Below, in pieces: positions 42,697 through 54,012 of a stretch of DNA of 64,000 nt (positions within the stretch are counted from its first letter, which is position 1; each line of letters starts with the position of its first letter). The notes beneath the pieces were generated by a model. It saw only the letters and a program-made list of their open reading frames with translations. It made no database searches and was not told where the DNA came from. A program made the translations under genes and the position numbers. Where the stretch lies: NCBI GenBank assembly GCA_018221105.1, contig JAAOYA010000001.1, positions 176,812-240,811 of the forward strand, in the 5' to 3' direction. This DNA is from Candidatus Woesearchaeota archaeon (GTDB taxonomy: Archaea; Nanobdellota; Nanobdellia; Woesearchaeales; JAAOYA01).

Positions 42697-43811
42697 TGTA
42701 CAAATTCTATTCCTAGTTCGTTTTCTATCTCGCTTTTTCTGGTGTCTTTTATTCTGTGTCCTTGACCGAATATTTGGCTGCTTTTAACACCTGTGATTAT
42801 TAGCATTGTTCTTAGAACGTTTTGCATGTCTTCTGAGATTTGCGCTCCCCAAATAATACGTGCGTCTTCGTCTAATCGTTCACTGACTGTTTCTACAACT
42901 CTCCGTGCTTCTTCTAATGTCATGTCTGTGCCGCCGATAACGTTTATTAGCGCTCCGTTGGCGCCGCTTACGTCAACGTCGAGTAATGGGTTGCTGATGG
43001 CTTTTTCTACTGCTTCTACTGCTCTGTTTTCTGTGTCTGACTCGCCGACTCCTATTAATGCTACTCCGCCTTGTCCCATTACTGCTCTGATGTCTGCAAA
43101 GTCTAAGTTTACAAGTCCTGCTTTTGTTACTAGTTCTGCTATTCCTTTTACAGCGTTTGTTAATATTTCGTCTGCTACTTTGAATGCAGTATGTATTGGC
43201 AGGTCTGGCGCTAGTTCTAATAGTTTGTCGTTTGGAATTACTATTAGTGTGTCTACTGAATGTTCTAGTTTTTCTAAGCCGATGACTGCGTTTTCGTAGC
43301 GTCGATTGCCTTCCATCGTAAAAGGCATTGTCACAATTCCTACTGTTAGAGCTCCTAGTTTTTTCGCGATTTCTGCTATTACTGGTGCTGAACCTGTTCC
43401 TGTTCCACCGCCTAACCCGCAGGTGATAAATACCATGTCTGTCTCGCCTAAAGCTTTTTTGATTTCGTTGTCTGACTCTCGTGCTGCTTCTTCGCCGATT
43501 TTTGGCGTGCTTCCAGCGCCAAGGCCTTTTGTTAGTTCTTTTCCTATCAAGACTTTTTTGTCTGCTGTAGTGTATAATAGGTCTTGTGCGTCAGTATTGA
43601 TTGCGATTGTTTGTGCTCCCATGATTCCAACTTCTGCTATTCTGTTGATTGTGTTATTGCCGGCGCCACCACTTCCAATGACTTTTATTGTAGCTTTTTG
43701 TTTTGATAGTAATTCTTCTAGTTCATTGTCTGTTTGTGTTTTGTTTAACGGTGCTGATTTTATAATATTGTTCGCGGCGTTTTCTTGAGCTGTTCGAATA
43801 ATTGTCTCCAT
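42693..43811 (-). CDS. ftsZ: Cell division protein FtsZ
   Basis: GLGGGTGTG tubulin signature, NLDFAD. Confidence 0.98.
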   Translation of the reverse strand: METIIRTAQENAANNIIKSAPLNKTQTDNELEELLSKQKATIKVIGSGGAGNNTINRIAEVGIMGAQTIAINTDAQDLLYTTADKKVLIGKELTKGLGAGSTPKIGEEAARESDNEIKKALGETDMVFITCGLGGGTGTGSAPVIAEIAKKLGALTVGIVTMPFTMEGNRRYENAVIGLEKLEHSVDTLIVIPNDKLLELAPDLPIHTAFKVADEILTNAVKGIAELVTKAGLVNLDFADIRAVMGQGGVALIGVGESDTENRAVEAVEKAISNPLLDVDVSGANGALINVIGGTDMTLEEARRVVETVSERLDEDARIIWGAQISEDMQNVLRTMLIITGVKSSQIFGQGHRIKDTRKSEIENELGIEFVQ

Positions 43812-43858
43812 TGTTTGACCTCCCTGTCAATTTGCGATATTGTGTTGTATTCTCACTA

Positions 43859-44509
43859 TTATTTAAACTTTACTTCTTTAATAGCAGGCACTAGTTTTGT
43901 TATCCTATCACCTAGTATTTGGTGTAATTCTTTTGGTAGCTTTTCTATTTGTATAATAGCTTGTTTTTTTTCTTTATCAACTTCTACTTTGGCAGTTTTT
44001 ACTCGTAGTTCCATCTCTAATAGTGTGTTGATTTGTTCTTTTGAGTTATTTACTACCTCTACAATTGTGTACTCGTAAGTTATTTCTTGTCCTGATAAAG
44101 GATGATTAAAATCTACTACTGTTCGACCACCACTGACAGTTTTTATTATTCCCGTATGATCGTCAATGTTGACTTGTAATCCTGGTACTGGTTTGATTTG
44201 TTGTTTTGTAAACTGGTTTGTTTGTATTAATTGTATTTTTTTAGGGTCTTTTTTTCCAAAAGCTTTCTCTGCGCTTAATGTTATTGTTTGTTTTTTGTTT
44301 AATGGTTTTGATATGATGTCATCATCAAGTCCTATTACAACGTGTCGCTCTCCAACGCATATTGTTATCGGACCATACTCCATTTCAGGGTTTGCTCCTA
44401 TGCTGTTCGCTAGTGACTTGTCTGTTGTGTCAAAGACTTGGCCTGAACTTACCATTTTTGCTGTGTAGTCTAATTTTATGAAATCTCCTTTGTTAACTGC
44501 TCCGCTCAT
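43859..44509 (-). CDS. FKBP-type peptidyl-prolyl isomerase (SlyD-like, long archaeal form)
   Basis: VFDTT, AFG and DFNHPLSG motifs. Confidence 0.92.
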   Translation of the reverse strand: MSGAVNKGDFIKLDYTAKMVSSGQVFDTTDKSLANSIGANPEMEYGPITICVGERHVVIGLDDDIISKPLNKKQTITLSAEKAFGKKDPKKIQLIQTNQFTKQQIKPVPGLQVNIDDHTGIIKTVSGGRTVVDFNHPLSGQEITYEYTIVEVVNNSKEQINTLLEMELRVKTAKVEVDKEKKQAIIQIEKLPKELHQILGDRITKLVPAIKEVKFK

Positions 44510-44575
44510 CGTGTTTTTTCCTCGTAGTTATTAGTTGTTAAGAACAAAGTGTTTATAGGTGTTTTGGTTTTATTT

Positions 44576-45148
44576 TTAAACCTTGTGGTTAGCTATAAGT
44601 TTTTCAGAGTGGACTTTTTTGCGTACGAATTCGACTATTTGATTTGTTACTTGATCTATTGTTTTGGTAGTGGTATCTATTACTAGATCGTAATTGGTTT
44701 GATTTGTTGGATCTATATCATAATATTTTTTGTAACGGCGTTTATCACTTGCTGTTCGATCTATATTTTTTTGTTTTAATTCTTCTACGCTGCTTGATTT
44801 TTCTTCGTCTGGACGAACAGCATTAAAAATTCTTTTAGCCCCGACATCTGTTGATACTTTCAAATATACTTTTATTGAATTTGGAATAAAATGGTAACTT
44901 GTACGACCATCTATTACAAAATTGTCTTTTGTTTTTCCGAGTTTTGTTTGGTGATCATCAATTTCTTTATCAGTCCATGCTTCGCGCTCGCCTAGATCGT
45001 TTAATTCTTGTATTGTCATGCCGCGCTCTATTGCCAAACGACCCCTTAGGGCTCCCATGCTGACATGTTCTAAACCTAGTTGATCAGCTATCATTCTTGC
45101 AACTGTTGTCTTGCCACTGCCTGGCATTCCAGAAATTGTTATTATCAT
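44576..45148 (-). CDS. cmk: Cytidylate kinase (archaeal type)
   Basis: ITISGMPGSGKTT, DGR, RYKKYYDID and YDLVIDT motifs. Confidence 0.88.
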   Translation of the reverse strand: MIITISGMPGSGKTTVARMIADQLGLEHVSMGALRGRLAIERGMTIQELNDLGEREAWTDKEIDDHQTKLGKTKDNFVIDGRTSYHFIPNSIKVYLKVSTDVGAKRIFNAVRPDEEKSSSVEELKQKNIDRTASDKRRYKKYYDIDPTNQTNYDLVIDTTTKTIDQVTNQIVEFVRKKVHSEKLIANHKV

Positions 45149-45234
45149 GCGCTAGCAATTCTTGTTTTATTTAAAAAAATATTGTTTTGTAAAAAAACAT
45201 ATTTTAATAAAACACAACATTCTTTGAACTTAGT

Positions 45235-45885
45235 ATGATTGTTGCAGGTGTTGAAGAAGCAGGCCGTGGCCCTGTCATCGGACCTCTTGTGATGGCAGTG
45301 TGCACTATTGAAGATTCTCGCGAAGGAGAACTAGCGCGCATCGGCGTCAAGGACAGTAAGTTGTTAACTCCAAAGCAGCGTGAGCACTTGTTTGAAAAAA
45401 TTAAAAAAATTGTTAAAGAATTTGACATATTGATTGTTTCAGCAGCACAAGTCGACAAAGCATTAGATGATGAAACATTGAATCTTAATTGGCTTGAAGC
45501 AATAACCAGTGCGAAACTAATAAATAATGTTACTTGTGACATGGCAATACTTGATTGTCCTTCTAATAATCTTAAAGATTACGAAAAGTATGTTGCGCGT
45601 TTACTTGATGCTCCAATAAAACTTGTTGTCGAGCACCGCGCGGACGTGAATTATTTGATTGTTGCAGCAGCAAGCATTTTAGCTAAGGTCACTCGTGATC
45701 GCGAGATTGAAAAACTTAAAAAGAAAGTGCGCCACAATTTTGGCAGTGGTTACCCGTCAGACCCTACTACTAAAAAGTTTTTAGAAGACTATTATGATAA
45801 ATATCCTGAGCTTTTTCGAAAAACGTGGGCTTCATACAAAAACGTTGTAAAGCGTAAGGATCAGACTAAGCTTGATGGTTTTTAA
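45235..45885 (+). CDS. rnhB: Ribonuclease HII
   Basis: GVEEAGRGPVIGP, VKDSK, AASILAKV.RD and GSGYPSDP motifs. Confidence 0.96.
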   Translation: MIVAGVEEAGRGPVIGPLVMAVCTIEDSREGELARIGVKDSKLLTPKQREHLFEKIKKIVKEFDILIVSAAQVDKALDDETLNLNWLEAITSAKLINNVTCDMAILDCPSNNLKDYEKYVARLLDAPIKLVVEHRADVNYLIVAAASILAKVTRDREIEKLKKKVRHNFGSGYPSDPTTKKFLEDYYDKYPELFRKTWASYKNVVKRKDQTKLDGF

Positions 45886-46484
45886 CCTAGTATTATCATT
45901 CTGTTATCGCGGTGTAGTGTTTGTTTGACACTCAAGAATGCTTTGTTCATTAATTCGTCACTAACATTTAAGATTGTTCCCTCGCGTGGGTCTAGGATTG
46001 TGTAATTGTTATTTTTGTAATCTATTATTGGTATGAATTGGCTTTTGGCTTTGGTGCCACGAATTACTCCAGCGTTTAATCGAGCTATTAATTTTTTTGA
46101 TTTGCCAAGTAATTTTTTGATGTATGCTAGTTCAAAGTCTGACTCTAATATTTCTACTCCTTCTTTGACTGCATCCTCATATAATATTTTTGAAGTGTAG
46201 GTTGCGTCGTTGACATCGCTTAACTTGTAGCTTTCAAAGCGATAGTTTGGAAACTTGTAATTTTTATCGCCTACTAACACTTTTACTCTAAGACCTTGTT
46301 TTTTTGCAACTCTCGCTAAACCATATATTGAGCAGCCTTTCATTGGTAGTGCAGCACTCTCGCGCCACACCCGGTTTTCGTTTTCTTTGTTTAGCTTGTA
46401 GCGTGGCAAGTAATAATGTATTAAACTCATAAGCCCTGCTGCTGCTGAAGTGTACTCGCTTGAAGCCTTGTAAGGTTTTATCAT
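45882..46484 (-). CDS. Peptidase C39-like (DUF3335-like) protein, catalytic Cys apparently replaced
   Basis: PYKASSEYTSAAAGLM...E.RVWRES...GCSIYGLA...ILDP. Confidence 0.6.
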   Translation of the reverse strand: MIKPYKASSEYTSAAAGLMSLIHYYLPRYKLNKENENRVWRESAALPMKGCSIYGLARVAKKQGLRVKVLVGDKNYKFPNYRFESYKLSDVNDATYTSKILYEDAVKEGVEILESDFELAYIKKLLGKSKKLIARLNAGVIRGTKAKSQFIPIIDYKNNNYTILDPREGTILNVSDELMNKAFLSVKQTLHRDNRMIILG

Positions 46485-46522
46485 TGCGTGAAGAAATTAT
46501 TTTATAGTATAAAAACTTAATC

Positions 46523-46918
46523 CTAAACCAAGTATTTATCGTTAGTATACTCGCGTTGTTCTCGTGCTAAATCGTAAGCTTTTTGTGTTGCTGCATCAAC
46601 TGCGTCGTTTAGTGTGGCGCCAGCATCGTATGCACTTAGCATTGCTCGCAGTGCAGCCTCTACTTTCATAGGTCCTTTATCAGCCAACTCATATATACTT
46701 GTAAGTATCAAATTTTTGTCAGGGTGTTGTTCTAGTTCAACACTTAATAGTCCTCGACCGTTTGTTGGAATATCTAAATAAACTTCTAGCCCTTTTAGGT
46801 TATTAAGTACTAGTTCTTCAATGCTATACTCTCGTGCTTGTTCTCTTAAACTATTTGTTGCATCTTTTGAATTTAGCAATAATTTCTTTATTTTCTCAAT
46901 AAGGTTTTGTTGTTGCAT
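46523..46918 (-). CDS. Hypothetical protein
   Basis: 131-aa ORF. Confidence 0.5.
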   Translation of the reverse strand: MQQQNLIEKIKKLLLNSKDATNSLREQAREYSIEELVLNNLKGLEVYLDIPTNGRGLLSVELEQHPDKNLILTSIYELADKGPMKVEAALRAMLSAYDAGATLNDAVDAATQKAYDLAREQREYTNDKYLV

Positions 46919-46968
46919 TTTCTTCTAGTTGTTCACTGGCTTTCTACAAAGAGTTTTTAGAATTGTGA

Positions 46969-47259
46969 TTACGCGTGTCCTGCAACAATTGATAGTTCTG
47001 GTTGTGGAGGGATTTTGGTTTTTGCAACGCTTAATATTTTATCCACTAGCCCGCCAAAAAGATCTTCATCTTCAATTTTTCGTGTTACTTCTCTAATTGA
47101 TTTACCACTGTATGTGAAACTTCCTTCAGGGTATCTAACGTCTAAAATCGCTACTGAAACAGCATTTTTACCTTCGGAAATACTAATATGCTGTCCTTGC
47201 GGCCCGTAAACTGTTCTAGTTGGAGCGTTTTGAAGATGTTGAGGCATATTATAATCCAT
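46969..47259 (-). CDS. Hypothetical protein
   Basis: ATG 47259 lies about 25 nt below a TTTATATA box. Confidence 0.5.
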   Translation of the reverse strand: MDYNMPQHLQNAPTRTVYGPQGQHISISEGKNAVSVAILDVRYPEGSFTYSGKSIREVTRKIEDEDLFGGLVDKILSVAKTKIPPQPELSIVAGHA

Positions 47260-47471
47260 ACTAATATAATGGAGGCAACCCATATATAAACTTATTGTTT
47301 TTTCCGGTTTTAGGGGTTGTTTTCGCTTTCAAAATTCGAAAAAAAGCCCATTTTACCTTATTTTTTTTAAAAATAAGGTTTTTTAAGTCTTTTTCATTAT
47401 TGTTTTTTATTAGTTATTTTTAAATCGTAAGTTTTAAATAACCCTTACTGCACTCTTTGTTTTGCATTCAA

Positions 47472-50400
47472 ATGACAAAAATTAATAAACTAGTATTGAG
47501 GGGTTTCAAAAGCTTTGCTCGAAAGACAGAGCTTGTTTTTGGCGACAATTTTAATTGTGTTTTAGGGCCTAATGGTTCTGGAAAGAGCAATATTATTGAT
47601 GCTTTGTGTTTTGTTCTTGGGAAAACTAGTGCTAAGGGTTTGCGTGCTGAAAAAAGCGCTAATTTAATATATAATGGAGGCAAGAAAAAGAACCCTGCAA
47701 AAGATGCTGAAGTTAGCATTTACTTTGATAATTCTAAAAAGATTTTTCCAACTGATGATGTTGAAGTTAAGATTTCTCGGATTGTTAAACAGAGCGGTCA
47801 ATCAACTTATAAGATTAATGATAAGACTCGTACTCGTCAGCAAATGCTTGATTTGATGTCTTTAGCAAAGGTTGATCCTGATGGCTATAATATTATTTTG
47901 CAGGGCGATATTGTTCGTTTTGTTGAAATGAGTACTGGCGAGCGCCGCTCTTTAATCGAAGAAATTGCGGGCATTAATGTTTACGAGGATAAGAAGAAGA
48001 AAGCTGTCAACGAGCTTAATAAGGTCGAAGAAAGGCTTAAAGAGGCCGATATTATTTTATCAGAGCGTCAAGTTCACCTTCAAGAATTAAAAAAGGAGCG
48101 TAATCAAGCGTTGAAGTTTAAAGAATTGAAAGATAAGATTAATCAAAACAAGGCAACACAATTGCACATTCAAATAACTAAAAAAAGTGATTCTCTTAAA
48201 AAATTGTCTGATGGTATTAGAAAAGAACAATTAAGTCTTGAGAGTTATGAAAAAGATATTGAACAATTAAAAAAAGTTATTGATGATAAACGAAGTGAAA
48301 TTGACAGTATTAACAAAGAGATTGAACAAAAAGGTGAAAAAGAACAGGTTGAACTTCACAAGATTATTGAGAATTTAAAAGTTGATTTGGCGACTGCAAA
48401 GCAACGTTTGGAAACTGTTATAGAAGAGCAGGAGAAGATTGTTAGGCGTAAAGAAGAATTGCAAAAAAATATTTCTGAAGTTGAAGGTAAAATTAAACGG
48501 TTGAATTCTGAAAAAGAACAAATCGCTAAAACTCTTGAAGTTGATAAAAAGCAAGTTGAACAAATTGAAGAAAAAATTAAAGTTTTCAAGACCAAGAACA
48601 AGTTAGATGATGCTGGCAGTATAGAGCAAAGTATTGAAACAATTGATAAGAGTGCTGAAGAGCAAGAAAGAAATATTTTGTCGCTTCGCCAAGACCAACA
48701 GGAATTGCTTCGCAAAAAAGACAAGTTAGAATTTCAAGTTGAAGGTATTGACGAGAAAATCAATAAGGTTTTAGAGGTTGAAAAAGAAAATAAAGAAGCT
48801 GTAGAAAAGCTTAAAGCTCAAAAGGCTGATTTTAAAAAAACCACTTTAGAACTGTCAAAATCTTTAGAGGAGAGTTCTTCTATGGCTGCACAGCTTGAGA
48901 CTGCGCGCGCAAAAGTGTTGAGTGCTAAAGAAGAGCTTGCGAAACTTACTGCCCGCCAGGCAAGCATTTTAGAGTTTAGCGCTGGCAATAATGCTATTAG
49001 GACAATACTGGATTTGAAAAATAAAATGCGGGGCATTTATGGTACTGTCAGCGAACTTGGAGAAGTTCAATCAAAGTATTCTCAAGCATTGCAAGTTGTT
49101 GCTGCGAGCAAACTGAACAGTATTGTTGTAGAAGATGATAAAGTTGCTGCTGAGTGTATTAAGCATTTGAAAACTAATAGGTTGGGAACTGCTAGTTTTT
49201 TGCCGCTTAACAAGATTCGCTCTCGTCCAATTAGTCCTGAGGCCCTCACTGCTTCTAAAGCTGTTGGCGCTCACGGCTTAGCTATTGACTTGGTAAGCTA
49301 TGATGTTAAGTTTAAAAAAGTTTTCAGTTATGCTTTTGGCTCTGCAATTGTTGTTGACAATATTGATGTTGCAAGGCGTATTGGAATTGGTGTTGCTAAA
49401 ATGGCAACTTTAGAGGGTGACTTGACAGACTTGAGCGGTGCTATGCATGGCGGTTTTAGATCAAAAACTCGGGGTTCTGGTTTTAAAGAAAAAGAATTGA
49501 ATCGTGATATTAAAGAGTATGAGGAAGTCATCAATCAAAAAACTAGTGTTATTGAACGATTACAGAGTAATCAAAAAGCTAATGATGATAGTATTGAGCG
49601 GTTGCGCAATCACAAAGCAAGCCTTGAGGGCGATATTATAACTCTTGAAAAAACTTTACACTTAGACTCTGATGACATGCAAGCGTCAAGAGTTCAAAAA
49701 AGTGAATTGCAAGAAGAAATTGGTAGTGTTGATAAAACACTTAGTGAGTTATCAAACAATATTAGTAGTGCTAATAAAGAAATAGCACAGGTCAAGATAG
49801 AAAAACAACAGTTGCGCAACAAGATTAGTGAATTGCGCAATCCAAGATTGTTAGCAGAACTTAACGCTCTAGAACAAAAAAGAACTGAGTTGCGCGAAAA
49901 GAACATTCGTTACAGTAGCGATATTAAAAACATTGAAGAAAATATAGGTTCTATTTTGAGCAGTGAGGTCGAGAACACTCAAAGGATTATAAAACAGTTA
50001 GAAAAAGAACGCCTTGATTTTACTGATGAACAAAAAGGTTTGAAAGAAAAGATTAAAACTTTGCAAGAAGATGTTAAAATTAAAGAAGCAGCGCAAAAAG
50101 AGTTCTATCAAAAATATAAGGGTTTGTTTACAAAACGACAAGCTACTGACGATGCAATGCGTGCTAGCGAGCAAAAACTTGCAGTAGCGCAAGAAAAAAC
50201 TAAGGATTTAGAGCTTAAAATTAACGGTGTTAGTTTAGAGCAGGCTCGCATTAAAGCAGAAAAAGCAGCACTCGATAAAGAGTTCGAAGAGTACAAGGAT
50301 GTCAAATTGTTAAAGAATGTTAGCGAAGCTGATGTTAATCGTGAAATTAATGCTTTTGAGCGAATGATGGAAAACATTGGCAGTGTTAACATGAAAGCTT

Positions 50401-50966
50401 TAGAAATTTATGATGTTGTAGAGAAAGAGTATAAGGAATTATTAAACAAAAAAGAAACTCTTGGTTTGGAGCGTGAAGACGTGCTGCTTTTGATGAACGA
50501 AATCGAGAGTAAGAAACGTGAATTGTTCTTGCAAACTTTTGACGTGGTAAACCATAATTTTAAAGAAACTTACAAAGAATTGCAAGCTAAGGGAGAAGTC
50601 AACTTGATGCTTGAAGATCCTAATGACCCGTTCAATGGTGGCGTTTTGATAAAGGTTAGAATCGTTGGAAACAAATATTTAGATATTCGCAGTTTAAGTG
50701 GTGGCGAGAAAACAATGGCTGCTCTAGCATTCATTTTTAGTATTCAAGAACATGACCCTGCAAGCTTTTACTTGCTTGATGAAGTTGACGCTGCTCTTGA
50801 CAAGCACAACAGCGAAAAATTATCAAATTTGATAAGAGATTATTCAAAAAAAGCACAGTATATTATGATAAGCCACAATGATGGCATCATTAGTGAAGCA
50901 GACCAACTCTATGGTGTTAGCATGCAAGCAGACAACATAAGCAAAGTAGTGAGCTTGAAAATCTGA
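47472..50966 (+). CDS. smc: Chromosome segregation protein SMC
   Basis: GFKSF, GPNGSGKS, hinge, LSGGEK and LDEVDAALD motifs. Confidence 0.98.
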   Translation: MTKINKLVLRGFKSFARKTELVFGDNFNCVLGPNGSGKSNIIDALCFVLGKTSAKGLRAEKSANLIYNGGKKKNPAKDAEVSIYFDNSKKIFPTDDVEVKISRIVKQSGQSTYKINDKTRTRQQMLDLMSLAKVDPDGYNIILQGDIVRFVEMSTGERRSLIEEIAGINVYEDKKKKAVNELNKVEERLKEADIILSERQVHLQELKKERNQALKFKELKDKINQNKATQLHIQITKKSDSLKKLSDGIRKEQLSLESYEKDIEQLKKVIDDKRSEIDSINKEIEQKGEKEQVELHKIIENLKVDLATAKQRLETVIEEQEKIVRRKEELQKNISEVEGKIKRLNSEKEQIAKTLEVDKKQVEQIEEKIKVFKTKNKLDDAGSIEQSIETIDKSAEEQERNILSLRQDQQELLRKKDKLEFQVEGIDEKINKVLEVEKENKEAVEKLKAQKADFKKTTLELSKSLEESSSMAAQLETARAKVLSAKEELAKLTARQASILEFSAGNNAIRTILDLKNKMRGIYGTVSELGEVQSKYSQALQVVAASKLNSIVVEDDKVAAECIKHLKTNRLGTASFLPLNKIRSRPISPEALTASKAVGAHGLAIDLVSYDVKFKKVFSYAFGSAIVVDNIDVARRIGIGVAKMATLEGDLTDLSGAMHGGFRSKTRGSGFKEKELNRDIKEYEEVINQKTSVIERLQSNQKANDDSIERLRNHKASLEGDIITLEKTLHLDSDDMQASRVQKSELQEEIGSVDKTLSELSNNISSANKEIAQVKIEKQQLRNKISELRNPRLLAELNALEQKRTELREKNIRYSSDIKNIEENIGSILSSEVENTQRIIKQLEKERLDFTDEQKGLKEKIKTLQEDVKIKEAAQKEFYQKYKGLFTKRQATDDAMRASEQKLAVAQEKTKDLELKINGVSLEQARIKAEKAALDKEFEEYKDVKLLKNVSEADVNREINAFERMMENIGSVNMKALEIYDVVEKEYKELLNKKETLGLEREDVLLLMNEIESKKRELFLQTFDVVNHNFKETYKELQAKGEVNLMLEDPNDPFNGGVLIKVRIVGNKYLDIRSLSGGEKTMAALAFIFSIQEHDPASFYLLDEVDAALDKHNSEKLSNLIRDYSKKAQYIMISHNDGIISEADQLYGVSMQADNISKVVSLKI

Positions 50967-50999
50967 ACATTTATTAATTCTCAAAACATTTCTTTTTTC

Positions 51000-51692
51000 A
51001 TGACTGATAAAATTGTAATGGTCGATTTTGCAGGCACGTTGGTTAAGGCTTCTGTTATTGAAGAGGCTAACGAGTTTCGCTCAAAAGTCTTAGAGCGTGG
51101 GTTGCCTTCAATTGAAGAGCACGCTCATCCTGACGAATTATACAAAGCTAATCGTGAATTTGTAGAAAAACTTACCGGGTTGACAAAAGACTTAAAAGTT
51201 CAGTATCGAAAAAATGATTTAGAGTTTATGGAGTTAACCGGCGAGCAATTACAAAACCAGGTCGCAACTAATCTTTTTCAGATTGGAATGTACATGAGCG
51301 CAAAAAAACACGGTCTTTCAATTGTGCCCGAAGGTTTTGTAGAACAACTACAAAGAATTCAAAAGGCAGGCTATAAGCTAGCGATTGTTTCTGGTGTACG
51401 GACCGATATTATTTCAGGAATGTTGCAAATCGCGAAGATTCCTGTTGCATTTGATTTTGTTATTGGCCAACCTCCAATTCTTGGAGTTAACAATGAAGAA
51501 AACATCAAATTATTACAAGAAAAAGGAACTGTCACGTTTGTTATTGGTGACAAGCTTAGCGACTTAGAACCTGCAAAAGGAGTTGGTGCTAAGACTGTTT
51601 TTGTAAAATGGGGTCATCCGAGCGGTGGCGAAGAAGAATTTGCTGATTATACAATTGAGAAACCTGAAGAGTTAGAAAAAATAATAAGTTAG
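51000..51692 (+). CDS. HAD family hydrolase
   Basis: VDFAGTL, IVSG and IGDKLSD motifs. Confidence 0.82.
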   Translation: MTDKIVMVDFAGTLVKASVIEEANEFRSKVLERGLPSIEEHAHPDELYKANREFVEKLTGLTKDLKVQYRKNDLEFMELTGEQLQNQVATNLFQIGMYMSAKKHGLSIVPEGFVEQLQRIQKAGYKLAIVSGVRTDIISGMLQIAKIPVAFDFVIGQPPILGVNNEENIKLLQEKGTVTFVIGDKLSDLEPAKGVGAKTVFVKWGHPSGGEEEFADYTIEKPEELEKIIS

Positions 51693-51732
51693 TTCTGAAT
51701 AATTTTATAAATAAGTTATTTGCCAGTGTTCT

Positions 51733-52668
51733 ATGGAACATGTCAAATTCGATGGTTTTTCTTTTAATAAGAAACCTCTGGCTGTACTACAAGAAGAAGT
51801 TAATTCTCAAGGTTATCAAGTTGAAAAGACTTTTAATGAAGCTGAGCTTTTGTGGTTGCCAAATCTTGATAGGCAAAGACTTGAGCGCGGAGTGAGTGAT
51901 GATCACATGAGAGAGCAATATCTTTTGATGAAGGGCTTGCTCACAGATCCTGATATTCCTGGACAAGCTACTTTGTATGGTGAATTTGTTTATGATTGCG
52001 GCAATAGTTATGAGTGGGTTGAAGACGAGTTTGGCAGGATTGGAATGATTGTAGATGTTGGCGATTTACAATTGGAAGAACTATTAGATGATCTAAGGGA
52101 AGTTGTATTGCATGACACTCACCCACTATGTCCTATGGCTGCTTGTGAAGCTATTGGCAATGTTGGCACTGAAAAAGCTGCTGAGTATTTGTGCGATATT
52201 GCAGAAAGTAGTGGCGAGCATGGTATGTGGGCTGCCGAGCAATTAACTAGACTCTCATACACTTCTGTAGGTCCAAAGTTATGCCATATTCTTGATAAGG
52301 AATTAGAAAAAGTTCCAGATTACGCGCGCTCAGTTAGTTTTGAGTCAGGGGTTAATACTTTAGGTTTTTGTATTAAAGCCCTTGGTGAACTCACAACAGT
52401 TGATGCGCTAGAAGGATTGAAAAAAGGTGTTGTGTTTGATAATGATCATGTTCAAGCGTGGTCCCGCTTAGCTTTAGATAGGTGGATACATAAGTCTTTA
52501 GTTAGTATTGCAGATAATAGTGCAATGTTTAATGTTGAAGAAAGAACGGGCCTAGTTAAAAAAACTATTATTGCTTATGGTATTGAAACAAGAAAAAGTT
52601 TTTATGATACTGGGCGATTGCCTGTTAGTGCTGATATGGTTTTGTCAGTTGTGCAAGGAAAAACATGA
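51733..52668 (+). CDS. Hypothetical protein with HEAT-like repeats
   Basis: AACEAIGNVG, AAEQLTRL and CIKALGEL helical repeats. Confidence 0.6.
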   Translation: MEHVKFDGFSFNKKPLAVLQEEVNSQGYQVEKTFNEAELLWLPNLDRQRLERGVSDDHMREQYLLMKGLLTDPDIPGQATLYGEFVYDCGNSYEWVEDEFGRIGMIVDVGDLQLEELLDDLREVVLHDTHPLCPMAACEAIGNVGTEKAAEYLCDIAESSGEHGMWAAEQLTRLSYTSVGPKLCHILDKELEKVPDYARSVSFESGVNTLGFCIKALGELTTVDALEGLKKGVVFDNDHVQAWSRLALDRWIHKSLVSIADNSAMFNVEERTGLVKKTIIAYGIETRKSFYDTGRLPVSADMVLSVVQGKT

Positions 52669-52744
52669 TATATTAATATCAACAAACCATACAACTTCTA
52701 CAAATTCAACAACTTCTACGAAAAAGCTTTCAATATACAATTAA

Positions 52745-53986
52745 CTATATTAGTTTAGTTATTAATTGCTTTTTTTCTTTGCCGCTAGCAAGATCTCGCA
52801 CTGTGACCTTGTTTTGTTTTAGGTCTTTCTCGCCAACAATAACAGCAAATTTAGCACCGCTCTTTGAAGCAGCACTAAGCATTTTAGAAAGGTTGCGCTC
52901 GCTAATGTCAACTTCAACAGAATACTTTTGTCGCAGCTGCGTTGCAATAGTATTGACTGTTTTTTCACTAACACCGCTAAGTGGCGTGATATAATAATCA
53001 ACGCTGGAAATGTTTGATGGTAGCTTGCCTAATTTTTTCAAAAATAATTCTAGGACTACATCGCCAAAAGCGTAGCCTACACCAGGACATTTTTCTCCGC
53101 CAAAGTCAGTGACTAAGTTGTCGTAGCGCCCACCACCAGCAATCGCGCGAAACTCTCGACGTTTGTCAAAGACTTCAAAAACAGTTGAAGTATAATAGTC
53201 AAAGCCTCGCATTATGCTAAGATCTAATTGTATGAATTTGTTGTAGCCTTTGGCTTTTAGTAAACTAATAACTTCGTCTAATTCGTCGTAGCCATCGTAT
53301 TCTTTTAGTTTTGACAAATCTGTTATTGTTAAAAAATTGTTTAATTCTTTCAATTGTTTATTGTCAAGTCCTAGTTTTTTTGCTTCGCTGTCAAACTCTT
53401 TTTTTGAAATCTTATCTTTTTTGTCGACTAAACGTGATAGTTCTACAATATTTTTTTTGTTTGTGATACTTGTAAAAGCGTTTTCTATTAATTTTCTATT
53501 GCCTAGTCGTATGTAGAAGTCTTTTTCGTTGCAATCATAACTTTTCATTAATTCTATTGCTGTTGCAATGATTTCCGCGTCTGCTTTCATAGAATCTAAC
53601 CCTAGACAGTCAATGTTAAATTGAAAGAATTCTCTGAGGCGTCCGCTTTGTGGTTGTTCGTAGCGCCAAAATCGTCCTATAGAATACCAGCGTAATGGTT
53701 TTGATAGTTCTTTTTGTTTGGCGGCAACCATTCTAGCTAAAGTTGGTGTTAGTTCTGGTCTGATAGCAACTTTGCGCCCTCCTTTGTCTTTGAAAACATA
53801 CATTTGCTGTGGAATCTCGCTGCCGCTTTTTAACTCCCATAATTGTGATGGCTCTAACAGTGGCCCTTCATAGTCGAGGTATCCAAAAGCTTTCGCTACA
53901 TTGATCATTTTTTCAAACAAATAGTTTTGTACTGCTTTGTTTTCGGGATAAAAGTCCCTTGTGCCTTTTAGGCTTTGTACTTTCAT
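52745..53986 (-). CDS. hisS: Histidine--tRNA ligase
   Basis: KGTRDF, RPELT, RYEQPQSGRLREFFQ, RGFDYYT and GGGRYD motifs. Confidence 0.97.
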   Translation of the reverse strand: MKVQSLKGTRDFYPENKAVQNYLFEKMINVAKAFGYLDYEGPLLEPSQLWELKSGSEIPQQMYVFKDKGGRKVAIRPELTPTLARMVAAKQKELSKPLRWYSIGRFWRYEQPQSGRLREFFQFNIDCLGLDSMKADAEIIATAIELMKSYDCNEKDFYIRLGNRKLIENAFTSITNKKNIVELSRLVDKKDKISKKEFDSEAKKLGLDNKQLKELNNFLTITDLSKLKEYDGYDELDEVISLLKAKGYNKFIQLDLSIMRGFDYYTSTVFEVFDKRREFRAIAGGGRYDNLVTDFGGEKCPGVGYAFGDVVLELFLKKLGKLPSNISSVDYYITPLSGVSEKTVNTIATQLRQKYSVEVDISERNLSKMLSAASKSGAKFAVIVGEKDLKQNKVTVRDLASGKEKKQLITKLI

Positions 53987-54012
53987 AAGAATTAGTGAAC
54001 CAAATTGGTTTT

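Noticed and set aside
52691..52719. ACAACTTCTAC repeated twice
   Set aside because: Two 11-bp copies in a convergent intergenic gap; not a CRISPR array and no function evident
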